The notes below the pieces were generated by a model. That model had not been told where the DNA came from. It saw only the letters and a program-made list of their open reading frames with translations, and did not search any database. Both the position numbers and the translations under genes were made by a program. Shown here one piece after another: positions 1 through 7,987 of a stretch of 64,000 nt of DNA (the stretch's first letter is position 1; each line of letters begins with the position of its first letter). The DNA is from Candidatus Dojkabacteria bacterium (GTDB lineage: Bacteria > Patescibacteriota > Dojkabacteria > B142 > OLB20): positions 614,535-678,534 of the forward strand of contig CP129475.1 of assembly GCA_030583785.1 (NCBI GenBank), in the 5' to 3' direction.

Positions 1-72
1 TCCCAAGTCGTCTTGCCTCTCAAAACATTGATGCAGTTTACAATAGAATAAAACAAGTAGTTTCTAGCTCTA

Positions 73-876
73 CTAGATAGCAACCTCCCGCGTTGAAATA
101 TGTATCATCTTTGAGAGCTCTGCCCTATCAAATAGCCATTCGATTGGAACCCAAATCTCTGCTCTTCTGAAAGGGAAATTACTATCGATAATACGAAGCT
201 CGTAGTGACCGCTTTGATCCATTCGATACGAGTCAATAAGGACAGCGTGAAGACTTGCATCGGCATCAACTTCGTTTAATTCATACATAAACTCTCCATA
301 CTTTATATTGGCTACTACCACAGAGTTCACAGAAATTAGAGGAAGCAGAATACCAGCAAAATTCAAGACATCTTCTTCTCTTTCGGTTGCATTGAATAAG
401 TTTGCCAAAGCAACCCTCGTCTGTAGCAGACTTGTCCCCCAGTGGTTGTCGTTGATCAACGACATGGTAACTCTTTTGTAGGTTGTGGCATCAATTGTAT
501 TCGGATCTTGATTTTTGTAGAACCTAGCAATGCCGGTGGGATCAAAACTATGAATATACGAACCAAAATCGTCAATAAACTCATTTTGAGTTAGGTAATG
601 ATTGAATAATCTTCGATGAGTATCTTTGATCCTTAGGGCTTCCAACGCATTCATCATTGCGACCGGAAGACACGAGGGACGATCTTCTTGTGGTAAGTAA
701 TCTCTAGGGCCTCTCTGAAATGATGTTAGTTCAGTTTGGGTATCAAAACGAACCTTCTTACCTTCAAGGTACCAAGCTCTGTTCTCATTATTAGAGTCTA
801 CACCAGAAGCAGTTAACCCATCTGGCCTACCTACTTGTTCCCCTGTTTGTGTGTTTAAAGTCTCTAGCATATACAT
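73..876 (-). CDS. hypothetical protein; possible papain-like (C39-like) cysteine peptidase fold
   Basis: 267-aa ORF immediately downstream of fur on the same strand. Contains a Cys in a small-residue helix (PSCLPVAMMNALEAL) and later His-hydrophobic strands (DNHWGT, SGHYELRIID) reminiscent of the Cys/His peptidase arrangement. No strong named motif. Confidence 0.35.
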   Translation of the reverse strand: MYMLETLNTQTGEQVGRPDGLTASGVDSNNENRAWYLEGKKVRFDTQTELTSFQRGPRDYLPQEDRPSCLPVAMMNALEALRIKDTHRRLFNHYLTQNEFIDDFGSYIHSFDPTGIARFYKNQDPNTIDATTYKRVTMSLINDNHWGTSLLQTRVALANLFNATEREEDVLNFAGILLPLISVNSVVVANIKYGEFMYELNEVDADASLHAVLIDSYRMDQSGHYELRIIDSNFPFRRAEIWVPIEWLFDRAELSKMIHISTREVAI

Positions 877-940
877 ATTTATTATATATACAGTATATCA
901 CCAGAGAGGGATAAATCAAAATAACACAATGCAAAACATA

Positions 941-1309
941 CTAGTTATTTGGGGATTTGTCCTTATGCTTACAACGACCAGTAAGCTTGAGTTCAAGACC
1001 TTCTATCTCAAACTCTGGTAATGATAAGGTTTTTAGAATTTTCTGTTTATTAATATTAAAGTGGTAAACCCTACCACAACTTGAGCAAACAGCATGCTGA
1101 TGATCATCTTCAGATAGCTCATAATGAATTTCATCCTTGTCAATCAATACTTCACGAAGTATACCTTCACGCACCAGAACGCTGAGATTTCTATAAACTG
1201 TCGCAAGATCAACCTCGTTGATAAGCTTGTTGTGTAAATCTTTAGCTGTAAAAAGCTCAGCTTGCGGAAGATTATTTAGTATTAGTTTTCTTTGTTTTGT
1301 GTTTCTCAT
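941..1309 (-). CDS. fur: Fur-family metal-responsive transcriptional regulator (Fur/Zur/PerR type)
   Basis: 122 aa. N-terminal winged-helix region (TKQRKLILNNL...ATVYRNLSVLVREGIL) and C-terminal metal site (HQHAVCSSCGRV, HFN) are typical of the Fur family. Confidence 0.85.
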   Translation of the reverse strand: MRNTKQRKLILNNLPQAELFTAKDLHNKLINEVDLATVYRNLSVLVREGILREVLIDKDEIHYELSEDDHQHAVCSSCGRVYHFNINKQKILKTLSLPEFEIEGLELKLTGRCKHKDKSPNN

Positions 1310-1311
1310 AT

Positions 1312-1364
1312 TTGCAAATGGTTTGCATTAGTGTTAACATGCTTATTGCAAATCAGTTGCATTA
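1312..1364. promoter_or_regulatory. two near-identical 19-bp palindromic operator-like sites in the fur/ATPase-operon divergent promoter
   Basis: ttgcaaatggtttgcatta (1312-1330) and ttgcaaatcagttgcatta (1346-1364). Each contains the inverted repeat TGCAAA...TTTGCA / TGCAA...TTGCA. They lie between the start codons of the divergent fur and P-loop ATPase genes. Confidence 0.45.
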
Positions 1365-1393
1365 ATTATACTAGATATTAGCTAAAACATACA

Positions 1394-2350
1394 ATGAAAA
1401 TTGCTTTTGTAGGTAAGGGCGGAAGCGGAAAAAGTACCCTTACTGCACTGTTTATAAAACATCTGCTAAAACATAACAAACAAATACTGGCCATTGATGC
1501 CGACATTAATATGCACCTAGCAGATCTTCTTGGAATTGAACTTGATCACTCTCTTAATCTCTCAGAATCCAAAAATGTTTTAACAATAAAAGCACATCTT
1601 GCCGGCAACAATCCCAGAATAAAGAAGCCTTCCCAAATTGTTAAAACTACACTACCTGCGAAGGGGTCAAATTTAGTATTCATTAAAAAAACCGATAGCC
1701 TACTTAAGCAGTTTAGCCAAAACTTTGGAGCCGATAATTTTTTTATGCATGTAGGAACTTATGAACAGGAAGATATCGGTGAAAGTTGTTACCATTCTAG
1801 CCTAGCTATACTTGAATCGCTACTTTCCCATACTATAACTGACGATAATCACCTGCTTGTAACAGATATGACAGCAGGAACCGACGCTTTTGCTGGATCC
1901 TTGCATGCTCAATTCGATTTAATAGTTATGGTGGTTGAACCGACTCAAGAAAGCACATTGGTTGCCAAACAATACAAAGCACTAGCCGAAGCCGCAAATG
2001 TCAAACAGTTCGTAACTTTCTTAGCAAACAAGATTGAGGATGAAGAAGATGTCTTGTACCTACAATCAGAACTCGGAACAGAAGTGATTGGCGAAGTTCC
2101 ATACAGCAAAGAAATTAAAATTCAACGCAGAAGCGGCAAGTCTGTGTTTGATCTACCTGTTTCAGTGGATCAGGCCTTTGACAGGATTACAACTCTAGCA
2201 CAAAAAAATCGAGCAGAAATAACTACGAGATTAAAGCTTCTAATTGAACTACACAAAAAGCATGTTCAAGCCGACTATATTGTTTCAAGACACGGAAACC
2301 TTCTTGACCAGATTGACGAATCTTTCAATTACGAAGGAATAAGTTACTAA
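1394..2350 (+). CDS. P-loop NTPase of the Mrp/MinD/CooC (deviant Walker A) family, possible metallochaperone-type ATPase
   Basis: N-terminal MKIAFVGKGGSGKSTLTA deviant Walker A (KGGxGKS/T). 318 aa. No CxxC cluster-binding motif was seen. Confidence 0.65.
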   Translation: MKIAFVGKGGSGKSTLTALFIKHLLKHNKQILAIDADINMHLADLLGIELDHSLNLSESKNVLTIKAHLAGNNPRIKKPSQIVKTTLPAKGSNLVFIKKTDSLLKQFSQNFGADNFFMHVGTYEQEDIGESCYHSSLAILESLLSHTITDDNHLLVTDMTAGTDAFAGSLHAQFDLIVMVVEPTQESTLVAKQYKALAEAANVKQFVTFLANKIEDEEDVLYLQSELGTEVIGEVPYSKEIKIQRRSGKSVFDLPVSVDQAFDRITTLAQKNRAEITTRLKLLIELHKKHVQADYIVSRHGNLLDQIDESFNYEGISY

Positions 2351-2355
2351 AAATA

Positions 2356-3783
2356 ATGCAGTCGCTTTTTTTAGAACCCAAATTAACTGGTCAACAAGCA
2401 CAACTGCTTGCCGATAGGGATCTTCTTTGGCAGATTTATCGTTCTGTAGGACAAGCGACAAATATCGTATTCCCGCAAATAGTTGTAGAAAACCTTAGGT
2501 TATTCGACAATGCTTTGTCAGAGCTGGGCGTCAAAAGCGAAATTTACTATGCACATAAACCCAATAAATCTATCTCTATTGCCAGAGAACTAGCCTTATT
2601 GAAGTCGGCAAAAATAGACATTGCATCGTATGGCGAACTAAAGTCTGCTCTCAACGCAGGATTTAACGGAAGCAGAATAGAAGCAACAGGACCAAAAGAC
2701 AGCTTTTTTCTTGCACAGCTTCTTCTACATAAGGCAACTATTAATATTGACAGCTTATCTGAGCTACAAAAGATAATTAACCTTAAGAAAAAAATCGGCT
2801 TCGAGGATCAAACACAAATATTTGTGAGACTTGCCAAACCATCAGGTCTAAATACTGAGAAGGATTCTCGCTTTGGTATACCCGACAACGAAATAGACTC
2901 CCTGTTTTCAGAACTTGATAAATACAGGGCAGAGATACGATTCAAGGGTTTCTCCTATCATCAAAATAGCTATACCCCCAGTTCAAGAATCCTTGCTCTC
3001 GAGAGAACAATTTTATTGACTCTCGAGGCACTCAAAAAAGGTTTGACGCCAGAATCAATCAATATCGGAGGTGGTTTTAAGATCAATTACATAGCGAACC
3101 GAAATCAATGGCAGGATTATGTTTCTGGCGTAATTGCAGGCATTCTGGGAACAGGAAAACACCTGGGGTGGAACAAAACAGGTCTTGGCTACTGGAACGA
3201 AAACGGAAAAATACGCGGAAGCCAAAACTTTATGAATTTCTATCAAAATGAAGACCAGTACGAGCAATTAAGTAGCCTTCTCTCACAGAAGTCAACAAAA
3301 CTTGGAGGAACATTTGCCTCCACCCTCTCTGAAATGATGCTATCGCTTTGCATTGAACCTGGCCGTTCTATGTTGGACCAGGCCGGCATGACAATTGCAG
3401 AAATCATCGACATAAAGAAATCCGCAAACGGCGAAAACATTTTGGTGATGAATATAAACCGTTCTCAACTCGACTCGTTTGAACAGGAATACATGCTAGA
3501 TCCAATATTGGTAAAACCTTTAGAAAGCAAAGAAATTGAAACAAGCGATGCTTTCCTTGCAGGCAACCTCTGCCTTGGTAGTGATTTCATAAGCAAACGC
3601 AGAGTCTTCTTTAAAAGCAGACCAGAAGTTGGTGATCTACTAATATTTACAAATACCGCAAGCTATTTAATGGACTTTGCCGAAAGCAATACGCTTCAAC
3701 AACCAATAGCTCCTAAAATAGCCGTATACAAAAAAGAAGATAAACTCTTCTTCACTAGGGACGAAAATTACTTCTCAATATAA
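2356..3783 (+). CDS. PLP-dependent decarboxylase, fold-type III (Orn/DAP/Arg decarboxylase family)
   Basis: YAHKPNKS resembles the YAxKAN PLP-lysine motif. GGGFKINY and C-terminal CLGSDF (cf. CESGD) fit the DAP/ornithine decarboxylase family. 475 aa. Separated by 5 nt from the preceding ORF. Confidence 0.55.
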   Translation: MQSLFLEPKLTGQQAQLLADRDLLWQIYRSVGQATNIVFPQIVVENLRLFDNALSELGVKSEIYYAHKPNKSISIARELALLKSAKIDIASYGELKSALNAGFNGSRIEATGPKDSFFLAQLLLHKATINIDSLSELQKIINLKKKIGFEDQTQIFVRLAKPSGLNTEKDSRFGIPDNEIDSLFSELDKYRAEIRFKGFSYHQNSYTPSSRILALERTILLTLEALKKGLTPESINIGGGFKINYIANRNQWQDYVSGVIAGILGTGKHLGWNKTGLGYWNENGKIRGSQNFMNFYQNEDQYEQLSSLLSQKSTKLGGTFASTLSEMMLSLCIEPGRSMLDQAGMTIAEIIDIKKSANGENILVMNINRSQLDSFEQEYMLDPILVKPLESKEIETSDAFLAGNLCLGSDFISKRRVFFKSRPEVGDLLIFTNTASYLMDFAESNTLQQPIAPKIAVYKKEDKLFFTRDENYFSI

Positions 3784-3787
3784 AAAA

Positions 3788-5095
3788 ATGCTGTATAAGA
3801 ATATTACTGAACTAATCGGCAATACTCCACTTCTGAAGATTGATAGGACGGTACATGGCATTCCCAACCTGAACCTTTATGCAAAACTAGAGTATATGAA
3901 TCCGTTTGGATCAGTAAAAGATAGAGCTGTCTGGGGTATTTTAAGACCTGACTTGAAAAAGATTCAAAAAGATGGCAGCAAGGTGTTAGAGATGTCGAGT
4001 GGCAATACAGCCAAGGCTATTCAATCTATCTGCAGTCAGTATGGCATACCTTTCAAAACTATTACAAATAGAATCAAGGTACAAGAGGTAAAGGATACAC
4101 TTCTACTTCAAGGTGTTGAAATAGAAGAATTGCCGGGTAGCAGCGACTGCCATGACCCAAACGATCCGAACGATCCGCTTGTCTATATTCACAAAGAACT
4201 AACTGATCGATTGCAAAAAAAATACTTCACATCTCAGTACAATAACGAAAGAAATCTGCAGGAGCATTATGAAACGACCGGAGCCGAAATCCTTGCCGAT
4301 TTAACCAAAGTAGATTATTACTTTGCAGGACTAGGAACAACAGGGTCCTCTAGAGGACCTGCTTCTAGAATACGAGAGAGAGATACGCATTTAAAGATGA
4401 TTGGTGTTGTGGCTAACAAAGATGATTATATTCCGGGGATAAGAACAAAAGACGAGATGTATGAAGTCGGCCTTTTACAACCCGACTTTTATGATGAGAT
4501 TGTTGACATCTCCGCAAAAGATGCCACAGAAGGCATGATTGAACTAATCAGAAAATGCGGGGTTCATAGTGGACCAACAGGAGGTGCTGTTTACCAGAAA
4601 ATTAAGCAATACTTTCGGGATAATCCAATTCAAGAAGAATTAGAGATAAATGCCGTCTTTATTGTTTGCGACAGAATGGAGAATTATATAAGTTATGTAA
4701 AAGAAAGACAGCCCGAAATCTTTGGGGAAGATTCAAGAATAAGCTGGAAAGATAGATCAGATGATACTAAGCAAGCGACCGAACTGGAGCCAACACAAGC
4801 TTCGGAATTGATTCACGATCCGAGTTGGCTTGTTGTCGACACAAGAAGCCCCCTAGCTTTTAAGAGTGCCCACATTGCTAATTCATTAAACATTGCCTAT
4901 GACCACTTAGATAAGATGCTCAATGATGGCAATCCGTTTTGTCTTAGCAACAAACTGCTGTTTGTGTGCGCGCTTGGTGAGAAATCTAGAAAAATTGCTT
5001 CGTACTGCGAACAGGCCGGCAGTAAAGCATATTCTCTTGCAGGTGGAATAACTTCTTGGAGGGATAAAAATCTACCATTAGAAAGAGATTTATGA
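3788..5095 (+). CDS. cysteine synthase/cystathionine-beta-synthase-like PLP enzyme (fold-type II) fused to a C-terminal rhodanese domain
   Basis: N-terminus ELIGNTPLLKI, KLEYMNPFGSVKDRA (PLP Lys) and SSGNTAKAI are hallmarks of the CysK/CysM/CBS family. C-terminal ~110 aa (LVVDTRSP...FVCALGEKSRKIASY...AGGITSW) look like a rhodanese fold with a Cys loop. The stop overlaps the next start (ATGA). Confidence 0.7.
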   Translation: MLYKNITELIGNTPLLKIDRTVHGIPNLNLYAKLEYMNPFGSVKDRAVWGILRPDLKKIQKDGSKVLEMSSGNTAKAIQSICSQYGIPFKTITNRIKVQEVKDTLLLQGVEIEELPGSSDCHDPNDPNDPLVYIHKELTDRLQKKYFTSQYNNERNLQEHYETTGAEILADLTKVDYYFAGLGTTGSSRGPASRIRERDTHLKMIGVVANKDDYIPGIRTKDEMYEVGLLQPDFYDEIVDISAKDATEGMIELIRKCGVHSGPTGGAVYQKIKQYFRDNPIQEELEINAVFIVCDRMENYISYVKERQPEIFGEDSRISWKDRSDDTKQATELEPTQASELIHDPSWLVVDTRSPLAFKSAHIANSLNIAYDHLDKMLNDGNPFCLSNKLLFVCALGEKSRKIASYCEQAGSKAYSLAGGITSWRDKNLPLERDL

Positions 5096-6270
5096 ATAAA
5101 CTAGAGAATCTTAAATCTAAGTTTCCATTTTTTGTCAACAATCCAGGGATAACCTACCTTGATAGTGCTGCTACGACTCACAAACCAAATTCGGTTATCA
5201 AGATAGTAAATGACTATTACTGCAAGAATAACGCTAATGCCGGTAGAGGCATATACTCTCAAAGCTTGAAGTTAGAAAATGATGTAGAAGATGTGCGCGA
5301 AAAGGTTGCAAACTTTATCAACGCAAAAATTGATAACATAATCTTCACCTCAGGTGCGACATCTGGAATAGAACAGATCTCAAATCTATTACTCCCTTTA
5401 TTCAATGACGGAGACGAAATCATCTTTTCACCTTTCGACCATAAATCCTTGATACAACCTTGGCATCGGACTCAACAAGTTGCAAGGAACTTTGGACAAG
5501 TAATCAAACTAGTCCCCTATTCTTACAAAGAATCAGGTGAAGCAAATTTACCAGAAATCAGAAATTTTGTTAGCAATAAAACAAGAATAATTGCCACCAC
5601 TCAGCTTCATAATATTTATGGCGAAATAACCGATGTTGCACAGCTTAAAGGTCACACACAAGATGCATTAGTATGTCTAGATGCAACGCAGAGCGTATCG
5701 CACGGAATTCTAGATGTGGAAGATCTTGGTGCAGATATAACAGTATTTTCTGGTCACAAAATGTTTGCCAGTCAAGGAGTAGGTGTTATTGCTTTGAGCG
5801 ATAGAGCAAAAGCTGTCCTTAGTCGGAGTGCTCGTATCCTAAGTTCAGAAACATTGCGATCAACTCTTGAATCGGGAACACAAAACTGGGCCGGGATCTT
5901 AAGCCTCAAACCTGCAATTGAGTTTATCGAAGAATTAGGCAGTAACAATATTCATAAACACCTTGCGTACCTCACCCAGCTTATTGTGCAAGGATTAAGA
6001 AATTTCAAGAAAGTTGAATTTACAAAGGGTCCGGCAAACTGGAGATGCGCCGACGGATACGGAATAGTGTCATTCAATGTTGCCGGTTTAGAGCCAAGCG
6101 AGCTAGGTTTTATTCTCAATGAGCAGAATATATGTGTGCGTAGCGGTGATCACTGTAACTTTAACAAGAAAGAGCAAAGCGTTAGAGTATCACTGCAAGT
6201 CTACAACGATGAAGAAGACATACAACGGTTCCTGAATGTGCTTACAAAACTATTACATCATCGGAATTAG
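5092..6270 (+). CDS. class-V aminotransferase, cysteine desulfurase (SufS/CsdA-like)
   Basis: YLDSAATT start, FSGHKMFASQGVGV (SGHK PLP-lysine motif) and RSGDHCN (cf. SufS RxGHHCA catalytic Cys loop). 392 aa. Confidence 0.75.
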   Translation: MNKLENLKSKFPFFVNNPGITYLDSAATTHKPNSVIKIVNDYYCKNNANAGRGIYSQSLKLENDVEDVREKVANFINAKIDNIIFTSGATSGIEQISNLLLPLFNDGDEIIFSPFDHKSLIQPWHRTQQVARNFGQVIKLVPYSYKESGEANLPEIRNFVSNKTRIIATTQLHNIYGEITDVAQLKGHTQDALVCLDATQSVSHGILDVEDLGADITVFSGHKMFASQGVGVIALSDRAKAVLSRSARILSSETLRSTLESGTQNWAGILSLKPAIEFIEELGSNNIHKHLAYLTQLIVQGLRNFKKVEFTKGPANWRCADGYGIVSFNVAGLEPSELGFILNEQNICVRSGDHCNFNKKEQSVRVSLQVYNDEEDIQRFLNVLTKLLHHRN

Positions 6271-6380
6271 TACCCAAGTTGTCTTACACCAAGATTCTTG
6301 TATTTTGTGGCAGTTGATGGGCTTCGGTTGTGATGCTATCGAGTCCAGCTTCTCTTGCTTGCCTTTGAGGTTCAATATAG

Positions 6381-6980
6381 TTAACTGTTCCGCTTATTTT
6401 CTTCTGTTAACTCAAATGGTAATTCAGCAAAAGACAATAACGCACATTGATTGTTGATCCAGTCCTCTGTTATTTTGAAAATTTTTGCATAAACGAAATC
6501 TGCACTACCAAACATTGCTTCTTTCCAGTTAAAACCTAATAACGAAGCATATTCTTTGACTTTTTCTTCTGTATCGGCCTCTATTTCAATCCATGGCTCA
6601 AGACCAGGCCAAGTATCGATATCAAATTCAATATCCAAATCTTTAATAACATATCGAATCCTTTTAGTCTCTTGATAAGCTTTCTCAACCAATCCAACAG
6701 AACGAAGATATTCTCTTGCCTTATCAAAATTATCGACTTCAACTTCGACTTCTTCTACTCCATCTAGTGATTGAGATACAACTCGCTTATAAGTCATTGT
6801 TATTTTATCTACCTCATCTCGTACTCTCGCCCATGCTCCTGATTTTGCAATTGGCAGATCATAAGTACATCTACGCAATAGTCTTTCATCAAAAACTTTA
6901 ACTGCACCAATGTTTTCGAGTTTCTTGATGATGTCCTCTTTATTGATGTTGATGAATTTTGCTTCGATCTCTTTACCCAT
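6381..6980 (-). CDS. CYTH-domain protein (triphosphate tunnel metalloenzyme / class IV adenylate cyclase-like)
   Basis: Starts MGKEIEAKF (the EIE.KF signature of CYTH). Acidic beta-strand repeats follow. 199 aa. Confidence 0.6.
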   Translation of the reverse strand: MGKEIEAKFININKEDIIKKLENIGAVKVFDERLLRRCTYDLPIAKSGAWARVRDEVDKITMTYKRVVSQSLDGVEEVEVEVDNFDKAREYLRSVGLVEKAYQETKRIRYVIKDLDIEFDIDTWPGLEPWIEIEADTEEKVKEYASLLGFNWKEAMFGSADFVYAKIFKITEDWINNQCALLSFAELPFELTEENKRNS

Positions 6981-7185
6981 AGAGATTAAATTGTTTATTG
7001 GATTCTAGCACATAGGTAATTAGGAGTCAGGCTAGGAATTCAAGTCTATAAAATTAGACCTACCACAAATCTGATCCTCTCAATCAAAATAAAACTGGCT
7101 TAGATATCTAATCCTGCTTTGTCAGTGTGAATCCGATACTATGAAAGTCATTAAGGTGATTTGCGAGCATAAGAATACCCAACTG

Positions 7186-7203
7186 GTGGAGATGGCGGGA
7201 ATA
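7186..7203 (-). repeat. direct duplicate of the tmRNA 3'-terminal 17 nt (with encoded CCA), att-like scar
   Basis: ATTCCCGCCATCTCCAC occurs at 7335-7351 (gene end) and again at 7187-7203, where it is followed by CA, giving ...CTCCACCA. The second copy lacks a T-arm. Confidence 0.55.
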
Positions 7204-7333
7204 GCCACAGGCCACAACTCGGGGTAGAACTCGAACTTCGCTATGCTCGTTCTCGCTAACTCCCGGTTTGTCGAACCCATGGGTTCTCTCTCATACAATC
7301 TCCACGCTGCCCACCACTTCGTGATGGTCACCG

Positions 7334-7785
7334 TGGAGATGGCGGGAATCGAACCCGCGTCCAGAAAATCGTGCATCTATGTTCTACAAGCTTAGCAGAT
7401 TTATTTCAGACGATTGGTAATAGAAACCTGCAAAAACCACCAATCGACTGCATGCATCTTCTTCGCTGTGCAAAGCATACAAGTCTGCACAGTCTGCATC
7501 CTGACTGTGTTTCTCCTTTAGTATCCCATCAGGAAAAGATAACTAAAGAAGGCTTCTAACCGCGAGCTAGGCTCGAGCGGTCTTAGGCAGCTAAGTTGAG
7601 CTGGAAGCCGAAGAAAGAGTTAACTTTCTCAGCAACTGCATCAAAAAAGCTTTGTGCTTTGTTTTCGACGATTATTTTTGTCTTCCCAGTGAGTTCTGGG
7701 AGTGTCGGTTTAGTTACAAAGATACCGAACAAAACTTTGGCTTGCCATAAACACACTATATTCTCTGTCAAAACCGGTCATCCCC
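7334..7785 (-). ncRNA. ssrA: tmRNA (ssrA)
   Basis: Minus-strand 5' end GGGGATGACCGGTTTTGACAGAG, with a G3.U wobble in the acceptor stem. 3' tRNA-like end GGACGCGGGTTCGATTCCCGCCATCTCCA (T-arm plus acceptor, CCA not encoded). Internal tag reading frame ...AEKVNSFFGFQLNLAA-TAA ends in the canonical LAA-stop. Confidence 0.8.
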
Positions 7786-7987
7786 TCACAAGTTTCGTGG
7801 ACTTTACACAAAAAAAGTGACTGAATGACCGCTAACAGTTGTCAAAGATCTAGTTTATTATAGCACGGAATTCACATTGTAAGCTTACTGATAGGCCAAG
7901 CAGAAATATCGATCCAAGATAAAAAATTAAAAACAACTAGGGATCTGCCATATATCTGTTATATAATAGATATGCATTTCATGAATT

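Noticed and set aside
3055-3440. Antisense ORFs 3055-3267 and 3243-3440 inside the decarboxylase gene, and similar embedded ORFs throughout (e.g. 16440-16667, 17526-17846, 20191-20382, 26666-26890, 31403-31678, 45616-45801, 58558-58921, 59702-60076)
   Set aside because: They lie wholly within and opposite or overlapping to long ORFs with clear homology, are short with no motifs, and are typical of spurious frames in AT-rich sequence.
4147-4164. 9-bp tandem duplication aacgatccg x2
   Set aside because: It is an in-frame microduplication inside a coding linker (PNDPNDP), too short to be a mobile or regulatory repeat. It is noted inside the fusion-protein finding only.
6236-6457. 73-aa ORF in the convergent gap between the desulfurase and CYTH genes
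   Set aside because: It overlaps both neighbours' 3' ends, shows no coding signal, and has a low-complexity hydrophobic sequence.
7122-7820. Four ORFs (7122-7376, 7371-7559, 7583-7771, 7596-7820) in the ssrA region
   Set aside because: They overlap the tmRNA gene on both strands. The 7583-7771 frame is merely the tmRNA tag reading frame extended upstream (it ends ...NLAA-stop). They are not protein-coding genes.
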